Assembly: GCA_050273025.1 (NCBI GenBank) | Contig: CP158635.1 | Location: forward strand, 9,796,001 to 9,860,000 | DNA: 64,000 nt | Reading direction: 5' to 3' | From: Cenococcum geophilum | Lineage: Eukaryota | Part shown: piece by piece, positions 41,086 through 52,700 of the stretch | Position numbering within the stretch: the stretch's first letter is position 1 | Layout: each line of letters starts with the position of its first letter | Made by a program: the position numbers and the translations under genes | The notes under the pieces: generated by a model | What the model saw: only the letters and a program-made list of their open reading frames with translations | The model's database searches: none | What the model was told of the DNA's origin: nothing

Positions 41086-42254
41086 TCCGCTGGAAGATGA
41101 GTTTCAATAGAAAGAGGAGGGTTGGAGAATAGGTAAGTGATACTTTTGTTTGTTGCTATTGGGATTGGGTGCTGTCTGGTGTTTGGGGCATAGTGCTAGG
41201 CTTTGGATATTACTTGGATTGTTTCGCTCGTGTTGTAAGGAATTGGATATATAGGGGGGATGTCTTGGGTAAAAGTGCTGCCCTTGCGTGTATAGGATTG
41301 GATAGGGTAGATGAGGGGAAATGTGTAATGAAAAACAGATTTGATTATAATTAGGAAGTGTTTGTTCCATTCGGAAAAGGGAATAACTTAATCCAAAATA
41401 ATCCAAAAAGCCGAATTTCAAATAGTTCGAAACAGCGGCTACAATCACCAAACTTAAGAACTTCAATGATATAAACAAAGCTCACCCACCGTTAATGCAG
41501 AGATCACGCTAAAGATTTCTCTACAGTCGTTCACTAGTTGTAAAGTACAATGGTACTATCAGATTTCGAAAATATTTTAGTATGGAATAGAAGGCGGTGG
41601 GTTGATGGTGTTTCTACGCGATTCACGAATTATTGTTCTAGTCTTGTCAAAAAAAATCAGACAACTCATCTCTACATGGGCCGACCATATTCAAGGAAGG
41701 CATACCCTGTAGCAATCTATTTGGGTGGATCTGAAGTCAAATCCAACGCACCATACCTAAGTAGGAATAATGGTTACCTATATAAGCTAGCCCGCCATTT
41801 TGGATCCAATTGGCGCGAGTGTTCGCGCCGGTCGAAATAGATCACTGATACCCTGGAGTAAGGATAGCACCACGGCGTCGCAGTAACCCCAAGGGCTCGT
41901 CACCTTACCGGAACAAACTTACTGGAGATATTCATCAGGAAGAGTCATCTAATTCGGCCAAGATAAAACTGAATCACAGCCAGCTTAATACTGCCAGACA
42001 ACCCAAAATGCGGTCCCCAAGATCAGCAGAAGCCTCCAGAGCCCAACGCCTTGATCGCATCCAAATCAATATCAACAGGCTTCCCCAAGAGCTGGCTGCA
42101 GCAGAAAGTGAGCGCGACATCCTCGCTACCGCCCTTAACAAGTCCATCCATGTAACAGAGCAAGTAAATGTCCAGGGAGAGCAGTGGAATGCTCAAAGCG
42201 GAGGCTATGCGACGCACTTCAAGCCACCAAACAGTCTCCTGTCAACGCTATAGA

Positions 42255-42795
42255 TCAGCCAGCTCTAAGAGATGAAGAAATCGACAGATTACAGACCGAG
42301 CTCGACGAAAGAACAGGACACATCCACCGCGGAGAATGCACGTTCTTCATATGAGTCCTCATTGCAGCGGCAAAGGAAAAGGTATCTGTACAGCCAGGAA
42401 AAGAGCATGTTATTCTGTCATTCAGATGGACGGCCCTGTAATGCTTCTGAGCATATTTGGGACAAGCGAACGTGTCTTCAGTCATCCGCCGGTCAATTAT
42501 AGCGGACAAGCTCATGCGCGGCCTTGTGATGCTCGTTCGCTGTACGGAGATCGAAGAAACTTTTTCCACACTCAGTATTTGGACACGGAACTCTCATATC
42601 AACGTGTAGATGGACGCGTTTATAATGACTTCTTGTATATGAGGCGTGACTGTAATCTTTATTACAGTCCTTCGATGGACATGGATAGCGGCCTTTGTTA
42701 CTGCGTACGATGAGGGTGATGTCTAGGGTTTTCGAACACACTTCGGGGACTTTGGCGTGGTTAGACGACTGCGCAGCCATCTGTGAATTGTCCAT
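42255..42795 (-). pseudogene. Degraded multi-C2H2 zinc-finger gene (about four fingers)
   Basis: CPSKDC..HYKRVH and CPNTEC..HHKAAH, then TGA where the next Cys is expected (42493-42495) and a frameshift into ..HYRAVH and CSFPGC..HMKNVH. Confidence 0.7.
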
Positions 42796-42981
42796 CTCTC
42801 TTCTCGCTAAGGGTTGGGGACGCTAAGAGTTGGGAAATCTGTAAGTCGGGTGTGAGTACATAAAAACATGCGGATCGTCGGGTACCCCCCAACGAAAATT
42901 TTGACCCGAGTTTATAATTAATAAGCCGATTGATTAACCCAAAGCTTCGATTCAGAGCCTTATTATATAGGAGTTTAATTA

Positions 42982-43004
42982 ATATATATATATATATATA
43001 TATA
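42982..43004. repeat. (AT)n microsatellite
   Basis: About 11 dinucleotide units. Confidence 0.9.
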
Positions 43005-43014
43005 GATATGAGGT

Positions 43015-45490
43015 TTTCCAGGGGGGGACCCCCTGGACCCCCCTTATATAGAGCTTTTACTTAATTTAGAAGCAGTAGTAAGGCTAAGGCACCTTAGTTA
43101 CTGCTAGGTAGCTTATGTAGAGCTTTGGTAGAGCCTCGTGCAGAGCTTCGTGCAGAGCTTTATGTAGAGCCTTGTGCAGAGCCACGTGCAGCGTGTAGAC
43201 GTACAGGCGTGCAGACGTGCAGACGTTTGTAGAGACGATTGTATGGGCAATTGTATAGACGTTTGATTGATCGTTCGTATGGGCGTTCGATTGATCGATT
43301 GTATGGGTGTTTGATTGATTGATTGATCGTATGGACGTTTGTATGGACGCTCGTATGGGCGTTCGTACGGGCGATCGTGCAGACGTTCGTAGAGCCGTTT
43401 GTAGAGCCGTTCGTGTAGATGATTGTAGAGCCTTCTTAGTATATCAGTGCTGCGTGTTAGTAGAGCTTTAGAGCTCCGTATTAAGCTTTGAGTAGAGCTT
43501 TGAGTAGAGCTTTAAGCTTAAGGGGGAGAACCCCTTGGACCCCCCCCCCCCCCCCTGCGCACTGCGTGCTCTATTCACTGCGTGGGCAGAGCTCTTGCGG
43601 AGGCTTTGGTAGAGCGTTTGGTAGAGCTTTTGCAGAGCTTTGTGTAGAGCTTTGTGTAAAGCTTCGTATAGAGCTTCTATAGAGCTGTATGTAGGCGTGT
43701 AGACGTTTGTACGGGCGATTAATCGTAGAGACGTTTATAGAGACGATCGTATAGGCAATTGTATAGACGTTTGATTGATTGATTATATGGACGTTTAATT
43801 AATCGTTTGTACGGGCGTTCGTACGGCCAATTGTAGAACCTTCCTAGTATATTAGTACTGCGTGTTAGTAGAGCTTTAGAGCTCCGTATTAAGCTTTAAG
43901 TAGAGCTCCGAGTAGAACTTTGAGCTCAAGGGGGAGACCCCCTTGGACCCCCCCTGCGCACTACGTGTTCTATTTACTGCGCGGGCAGAGCTCTTGCAGA
44001 GGCTTTGGTAGAGCTTTTAGTAGAGCTTTTAGTAGAGCTTTTGTAGAGCTTTAGTAAAGCTCCATGCAGAGCTTTAATAGAGCTTTGAGTAGAGCTTCGA
44101 GCGGAGCTTTGTATAGGCGTTCGTATAGGCGTTTGTACGGACGATTGTATGGGCGATTGTAGACGTTCGTAGAGACGTTTGTAGAGACGTTTATAGACGC
44201 TTGTAGAGATGTTTATATAGGCGTCTGATTGATTGTATAGGCGTTTGATCGATTAATCGTATAGACGTTTAATTGATCGATCGTATGGACGTTCGTACGG
44301 GCGATCGTGTAGACGTTTGTAGAGCTGTTTGTACGGACGATTGTACGGGCAATTATAGAGCCGTCGTAGAGGTGTTTGTAGAGACGTTTGTAGAGCCGAC
44401 TATGAGACTTTCTAGTATACTAGTGCTGCGTGTTAGTGGAGCTTTAGAACTTCGTATAGGGCTTTAAGCAGAGCTTTAAGTAGAGCTTTAAGGGGGAGAC
44501 CCCCTTGGACCCCCCTGCGCACTGCGTGCTCCATTTACTGTGTGGGCAGACCTCTTGTAGAGGCTTTGGTAGAGACTTTGGTAGAGCTTTTAGTAGAGCT
44601 TTTGTAGAGCTTTATACGAAGCTTCGTGTAGAGCTTTTGCAGAGCTTTAGTAGAGCTCTATGTAGAGCTTTAATAGAGCTTCGAGTAGAGCTTTGAGTAA
44701 GGGGAGACTCCCCTGCTCACTATGTGCTCTATTCACTGCGTGGGCAGAGCTCTTGCGGGGGCTTTAGTAGACTTTTGTAGAGCTTTTAGTAGAGCTTTTG
44801 TAGAGCTTTTAGTAGAGCTTTATGTAGAGCTTCTATAGAGCTATGTGTAGGCGTGTAGGGTGTAGACGTTTGTACGGGTATCAATTGTAGAGACGTTTAA
44901 TTGATTGATCGTATGGCCGTTCGTACGGGCGTTTGTATGGGCGATTGATCGATTGACCGATTGGTTAATTGTATAGACGTTCGTAGAGCCGTACGTAGAG
45001 CCGTACGTAGAGACGTTCGTACGGGCGTCTGATTGATTGCATAGGCATTTGATTGATCGATTATAGAGCCGTACATAGAGACAATCGTATGGGCGTTTAA
45101 TTAATCAATTAATTGATTATATGGGCGTTTATACGGGTAATTGTGTAGACATTTGTAGAGCCATTCGTAGAGCCGTTAGAGGCAATTGTACGGTGATTAA
45201 TCGTATGGGCGGTTATACGGCCGATTGCAGAACCTTCCTAATATATTAGTGCTGCGTGTTAGTAGAGCTTTAGAGCTCCGTATAGGGCTTTAAGTAAAGC
45301 TTCGAGCAGAGCTTCGAGCAGAGCTTTAAGGGGGAGACCCCCTTGGAACCCCCCTGCGCACTACGTGCTCCATTTACTGCGTGGCTAGTATACTAGGTGG
45401 GCAGAGGTGCTATAAAGCCTTTAGTAGAGCTTTTGGTAGAGCTTTTGCAGAACTTTGTACGGAGCTTTGTGCAGAGCTTTTGCAGGGCTT
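43015..45490. repeat. Higher-order minisatellite array with units of about 200-630 bp
   Basis: Recurring GGGGAGACCCCCTTGGACCCCCC-type marker at about 43021, 43522, 43930, 44491, 44701 and 45330, separated by GTAGAGCTTT and GATT/GTACGGGCGTT short-repeat blocks. Confidence 0.9.
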
Positions 45491-46524
45491 AATATTTTGA
45501 AGTTCGTCACGTGAATTTTGCCACAACCTACCGCCCGCAAGTTTTTTTTCTAACCAATCAAATTCTGGCTTGGCGAAGTTTGAAAATTGGGACACCTGAA
45601 AGTATAGACCACTCGTACCTCGGGTCAATAAACAAAGATGAAGGATTTCTGCCTTTAAGACTCTTAGTTCTTCTCAAGACCACATGAACTGTCTGCTTAG
45701 GATTGTAGTTACTCTCGACCAATTAGATGGAAAGTGCTATGTGACAGCCACGTGATCCCATCACCTGACTGCCAAGACCTTAGCGTCCTGCAGATGTTCT
45801 TAGTCTATCCTTCTAGCTCATCAGTCTTAGAGAATACAACAACTTTTGATCACTTCTCTGTCTCTGGCTTATAGCAGAAAGTTAGGTATTTATATCTTAG
45901 CGATAGACACTTTTTAGTTGAGTTTCGGCTACTTGTAAATATGGTGGTTGAGTCACCTCGTTAGTCAATTAGCTGAGTACTCGAGTGAATGATTTCAAGA
46001 ACCAAACGCGGGTTTCACAATGAGTTATTGAATTGACTCGACATAAGTAAGATGAGTTTTAACTTCGAGATCTATTCTAAAGACTTTCTTATTATGAAAT
46101 AAGAACAGAGAAGAAGCAAGATCTTCTGGTGAAGCGAATAGAACGTCTGAGACGTTCATTTCGGCCGTCCATCAGATGGATTCCTAAGATAATTACTGGA
46201 TTTCTTGCCAACAGCTGGATGGCTGGATGGCTGGATGGCCGGATGACTGGATCTCAGAATAGATGGACGGATTACTAGATCATTAAGACTATAAGGGTTG
46301 AAACTAAAGAGAATGACGAACAAAGGAAATCTAGTAGTGCCGAACTCCTGCTCTCTATATAGTCCTGTGGTTACTTTGCTCCCTCATGTCCATCCTACCT
46401 GGCGATCAGCCTACATGAGTTCATTATAAATTTAATTACGTAATCTTGGAGGAACCCCACCATCCCGCAACGATATTTCTTGTCAGTTCTCCCTTACCTA
46501 TTATTTCGTCCCTAGGATCTTGTA

Positions 46525-46681
46525 ACGTAGGTGATGGGGTTATGAAGGTGACCCTAGTTATGAAGGTTTTGAACATCAAAGTGTTGGAGCACAGACGAAA
46601 TAAAGCGCATAGACGAAATTTGTTTGCAAAACCTGCAAACCTTTATAACTAGGGTCACCTTCATAACCCTATCACCTACGT
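46525..46681. mobile_element. 157-bp MITE with 45-bp TIRs (Fot1/Pot2-like ends)
   Basis: TA|ACGTAGGTGATGGGGTTATGAAGGTGACCCTAGTTATGAAGGTTT and its inverted copy ending ACGT|TA; two transition mismatches. Confidence 0.9.
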
Positions 46682-46790
46682 TAGTCTTAACACTAGGTTT
46701 CTTAATAAAAGTTAGGTTTATTATAAAGAATAAATTACTATAATTAATATTACTTAAGTCCTTTATATTCTGTTAAAGGTAGAAGTTAGT

Positions 46791-49700
46791 TGTAACGGAA
46801 CCTTGTAGCAATAACTACGGTGGGCTCGTTATTGGGCTAGGTGTGTAGGAAATGCAAGTACAAAAGTCAACAACGTAATAACAACTGGTGGAGTGGTTGC
46901 CTAACAGATTAACTCTAATTATATTCTAAGAATTACTACAAGGAAGAAACTATCTAGGTAGGGACTAAGGGTCCTTAAATATATAACCGTACTCCTATAA
47001 AATCCTTCTTATACGTAATATACGTCTTATATATAAGGTATATAAGTTCCTCTTGTTCCTTTTGTTTAATACGTAGCATATTATATAACCTTAGTTACTA
47101 TTCCTCGTCATATAGTTCTATTGGCTCTATCCTAGACCGTGCCTAAATTAACTAACTAGCTTCTTCCATCTCTTCTCCAAGTAGTCGTAATATTGTACTT
47201 AAAGCGTCCGTAACACTATCTCCCTCCTCTTTATCTTTATTCTTAAAGATTTAAAATATCTCTAAGTCGTTTATTAGAGGTGTAATATCCGTCTAATTAA
47301 TTTAGTTAATATTATTGCTTATTATACCTAAAGCAATTTCTTCTTTATACGCCTAACGTCGTGCTTATACTATTACTGCAATATTATCTCTTAGTAAGAT
47401 TATGCCGTCTCCGTGTTCTTATTGCTTAAAAGAAGGGTTGGTTTATATTACGTTAGTAAACCCATCTTCGCGATAACCGTCCTCTTGCTTAGAGTATACT
47501 AAAGTAAATATTTATTTGTCCTATGATATTCGCTCTACTTCTAATGCTAAATATACGCGATCTATTACTCTTAATAGTTGTCTAGTTCCCTAATTAATTT
47601 ATTTTAGGGTCTCGTATTTAATCTGCTGCTGCGCGGCTAGATAGTAAACTGTTATAAGCCCTTATTAAGTTAGAACGTTCCTATAACACGGAACAGAAGG
47701 CCCTAAATACTTAAATTGCAGCGTCTACTTATCTGCTTTATCTTAAGAAGGTTCGTAAGAAGGTTTGTTCTAAAGAGTAGAAACTTATAGAATAAGGTTT
47801 ATAGAAATTAGGTAATAAAAGAATAAATTCTCTTCTAATAGAGAAGGAAATAGATCTAAGTAGTTCGGCAACTGCTCTTCTTAGGTCCCCCTTAGGTAAC
47901 TTATTCTTTAGTGATCCTTTTTTATTAATACTACCTAACCTAATTTCTTCCGATACTCCTATACCTTTCCTATAGCGTTCTTTAAATTCTCTAGTAGCTC
48001 CTAGGTAGTCTTAGTGTAGCCTATCCACTTAACCTTATACTATGTTTCGTTATTAATATCCTTATAATTAATGATCTTTAATATTTGCTATTCGTCTTCT
48101 TCTTGTCCTCTATATATATCTGCTTTATAGGCTAGTGGCTTAATATTTCTATATGCTAGCTCTAGCATTACAATATGCTGTATAGGGTAGATCTTTATTT
48201 TAGCTAGTAGGTTTAGCTTAAACGTAACTAGTGAAATCCTCTATGTAATTTTAAAAGGTCCTAGTCTAATATAGTCCAATTTCTTACTTAGTCGTTAACT
48301 CTTGAAATTTTTATATAGTAGCTATACTTTATCTCCCTCCTTAAGATCTAGTCCCTTAGATCTCTTAGCATTATAGTACTTTTTTATTCTCTCTTATACT
48401 CTCTTTACTAATTCTATAAGGTCTACATAAAGATTTATTAATGTCTTTATTCTTTCTTTAGCTATACTACTCGTTTTCTTTACTTACCGTGGTAATAACG
48501 ATGTTTTTAGCTTATATCCGTAATTTGCCTTAAATGGTAATATATCTATTCCTTCTTAAGGTGTTGTATTATATATAAACTATATAACTGGTAATAGCGA
48601 TACCTAATTATTTTGTGTATAATTGACATAATGCCTTAGATACTGCTCTAGCGTCTAATTTAATCTTTCCGTTTAACCATCTGTCTGCGGATGGTATGCG
48701 GTAGAAGTTACTGCTTAAACTCCTTACTCCGCTAAGAATACTTCCTAAAATACTGCTATGAATCTTAGATCTCTATCTAATATAACTTTGCTTAGTGCTC
48801 TATATCTTATAAATACTTCTTTAACATAGATTCTAGCGACATCTTCCGCTAAGATTTCTTCTATATATGCTATAAAGTATCCCCACTTTATAAGCTTATC
48901 TACTATTACTAAGATTGCGTTGTAATCTTATCCGGTAATAGGATCTTTTAATTTTGGCAACTTAATAATAAAGTCCTATAATATAACCTCCTATGGTCTT
49001 TCTGGTATTTTAATAGGTTATAGCCCTCTATATAGCTTATACCTTATTAGTTTATTCCTTTAGTAATCTAAATATTCCTTTATAACCTTTCTAGCTATCC
49101 TCTAAATTCCGTTAATAATGTACTCCTTTTAGAGTCTTAACACTAAGCCCATAGCTCTATTATGTCCTTAAGTTAGTCCCTTATAGAAGTCTTCTATAAA
49201 CTACTCTGCTATACTTCTTAGGATATACTTCGCTTCTCGATTTTCGTATATATCCGTCTATAGATCTTTTAGCTATACTTTTAGAATTCTTTATATCTAA
49301 AAGCTTTCTGGTATCTTATAGACTTTCTCTAGTTTATCGTCTTCTTAAGTTGCTGCGATTTTCGGATAATTATACCTAATTAATCCGTCTATATCTTTTC
49401 GCAATAAAGCCCCTAATGGCTTTTCCTTATTTTATAGTTTAGCTTTATGGCTTAGAGTATCTGCCCGCGTATTATCTGTACCTTTAGTATACTAAATCTT
49501 AAAATAGTATTCCATAAGTATCTCTACCCATCTAACCTGTCTTTAGTTAAGTTCCTTTATTATTAGGAATCCTATTAGGTTCTTATAATCTGTTTTAACT
49601 ATAAATAGTTTCTTTATGCCTTGCAAGAATGCTCTCTATTCCTTTAATGCTGTAACTATACCTAATAACTCTTTATTATAGATGTTATAGTTTAACTCTG

Positions 49701-52700
49701 GTGGTGTTATCTTTTAACTATAGTATGCCACTAGGTGCCATTTATCTTAATGCCTTTATATAAAGTATGCCCCTAGTATATAGTCTAATACATCTATTTC
49801 TACAACTGTCTCTAGTTCTAGTTAATAGATCTTAAGAACTGGCTCCTAGGTAAACAACTCTTTGACTTTCTTAAAGAGTTCTCTTTACTCTTCCCCCCAT
49901 GCCTATAGTTCTTCTTTCTTTATTAACCGCGTAAATAGCTTAATATTCTTTAACTACTGCGCTATAAACCTTCTATAGTAATTGTAAAACCCTAGGAATA
50001 ATCTTAACTGTATAACGTTCTCTAGTTCCTACTAATTTACTATAGCCTTAATCTTTTTTAGATCTATGCTAAATTGGCCTAGTTTAATAATAAATTTAAC
50101 AAAATCGGTTTTCCTAGTAAAGAACTCGCATTTCTTAATTGCTACTAGCATCTGTTTTTTTTATAGTCTCTTTAAGACCTATTTAACGTGTTCCCCGTAT
50201 TCTTCCTTAGTTATTAAGTAGATAATAATATTGTTAAAATATACTATAATAAATTCATCTAAGTATTCTCCTAATATATTATTAATACGCTTTTAGAACA
50301 TTGCTGGTACGTTTATAAGCCCGAATTGTATAACTAATAGTTTATATAGTCCTTCCTTTAACCTAAAGGCTGCCTTTTATTTGTTGCCTTCCTTAATCCT
50401 AATTTAATAGTATGCCTATCTTAGATCTATCTTTATAAAGATTTATATATTACCTATCCTATCTTAGATTTCGCTAATTAAGGGTAAAGGATACCTATCC
50501 TTTCTAGTGATGCTGTTTAACTATCTATAGTTAATATATAGCCTTAGTTTACCATTCTTTTTTAGTATAAATAGTACTGGATAACCCGCTAATAACTGCG
50601 ATGGTCTAATATATCCCTTTTATAGATTTTCCTAGACAAACTCTTTTAACGCTCTACCCTCTTCTTTAGTAAGCTTATAGATTAGAAAGAATCTTAAACT
50701 TATTCCTAGTTCCAACTCTATTTTATAGTCCCATACTATATATTCTAACAGTTTTTTACTTTTTAGTAACTATAGTTTCTTACTATACTTATGGTATCTC
50801 TTTAGTATATAGCTTAGTCCTTTTTCTATTTCTTTATAGGTTGCTCTTACTTAGTACTATACTAACTTAGCTTATTGTTATATCTTACGGCGTTAAGTAT
50901 CTCTAATATTAACCTAACCTGTAATCCAATCGATTCTTAGATTATATTCCTATAACTAAGGCATACCTAATACTGCCTTGTCCCGTCCTAATGGTAGGAT
51001 ATTAAAAGATATCTCGATTTATCTTCCTTTAATAGTTATCCAAATAGGTCCTATTTTAAGATTAATAATCCCTCCTCTATAGGTTATTAGATCTCCTAAA
51101 ATTGTAACTAATAGGTAAAATTGCTCCTTTTGTCTGTAAGATAGCCCCATTCTCTTAACTACTGCTAATAAGATATGGTTTCGCGTTACTCCACTATCTA
51201 TTAGTGCTTTAAACTGCTAATCTTACCAATTAACTTATAAATTTAGGTGTCGTCCTTAAATTCCTTTAAGGGTCTAAGGCTCTACTACTGGCTTCCTCTA
51301 GTCTTATAAGCCTCTACTTTTCCTAACTGTTGGCTGCTTAATCCTAGTACACTTAGCTTATTCTTTAGCCAATGCCTAGTTCGCTTTTTATCTTTAATAT
51401 GCCATAAACACGTATTTTCTAGGTATTCCCACCACTATTATCCGTCTAAGTATTCTTCTATAAGGAATCTTTCTAGTTAAAGTACTAAACTTCCTTCCTC
51501 TTAGATTTCTATTAGATGCTATCTATATATATATTTAGCATTCCTATACTATTACTTATCTATTATTCAGTATATCCTTATAGGGTATTTCCAATTCTTT
51601 TCTTTTGGATTCTTATGCATTTTGTATATATCGTCCACGCACACAATCCATAATATCATATAGTGTGCTAGGTGCTTTAGGTTAACTCTTAGCTCGTCTT
51701 CGTCCTTAAGTTTAAACCTTTATTATACTAATCTAAATATTATAACTTTATTTACAGGTACTAAGATGCGCCTCTTACTTCTTTAGTCCTCTAAACATTC
51801 CTCTAGATCCTTTAACGTTATAATTAAGGCTCCTTTAATATGCGTTATAGCCTTCTCTATAATTAGGTGGTCCTAGATAACTTTTTTATCCAACCATATA
51901 TAGAAATCTTCCCACTTATTATTGTGCCTTTGCCTATACCACTTTTAGTATAGCTGCTGGAGTATATACGGTCTATCCGTAAGAAAGTATTTTCTTATTA
52001 CTACATTGTAATAGCCCTTTATATATCGTTCTTTAAACCTAGTTAGAATCCCTAGATCCTCTTTATCTTCTAGTTCGGTAAGCCACTTAGCTCTTAGTAT
52101 ACCTACTCTTAGCCTATTAGTAATTCTTTATACTAGTACTTTATCCTTTATACGTCCTAATATGCTAAATCTCTTGTCTAGTTTCTGCTCTTGCTATGCG
52201 ATAATTCTTTGCCTAAACTCTTCTATGGTTTCTTTTAGTTTGCGCCTTACGCTCTAATTCTTAAAGTCGTCTTGCTTCTTAATCCTAGTATTAATTTTTT
52301 AATCTTTAGTCTAAACACTTTATTTAACTAGTAAATCCTCTAGGTTTATATATTCGTCTCCTAGTCTAATTACTATTTATGCCGCAGATTCTCTAATCTA
52401 TAAAGAAGCTCCTTACCTCTTGTCTATGGGTGTCCTAATTTATACTCCAAATTCTTAACCCCTTAGATTCTTTAGTCCCGAGCTTGCTTCTAACTTAAGC
52501 TTAGCTCCAGCCTTAGTCTAACTAGGCTTACTTAGTATCCTCGTCTTATCTTAAGAGTCCTAGATCTTACTTATCTTATCTTAAGAATCTTATGCCTATA
52601 GGAACTTCTATCCCAAGCTCATTCGTATATTTTTAAACTAAGCTACTACTCTACTCCATCGGTTATTATCCGTTATGGGTCCTTAAGCTTACCTTATCTC

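Noticed and set aside
42008..42253. 81-aa plus-strand ORF with coiled-coil flavour
   Set aside because: Short, with no recognisable domain or splice support; could be a remnant but cannot be supported from sequence alone.
43015..45490. CRISPR-like alternation of conserved and variable blocks
   Set aside because: The variable blocks are themselves repeats, unit lengths are irregular, there are no cas genes and the genome is eukaryotic.
43488..45628. Short ORFs with RALSRA/VEL repeats
   Set aside because: By-products of the minisatellite.
35400..46790. Starship or other cargo-carrying giant element
   Set aside because: No tyrosine-recombinase captain or typical cargo; the island holds a core housekeeping gene.
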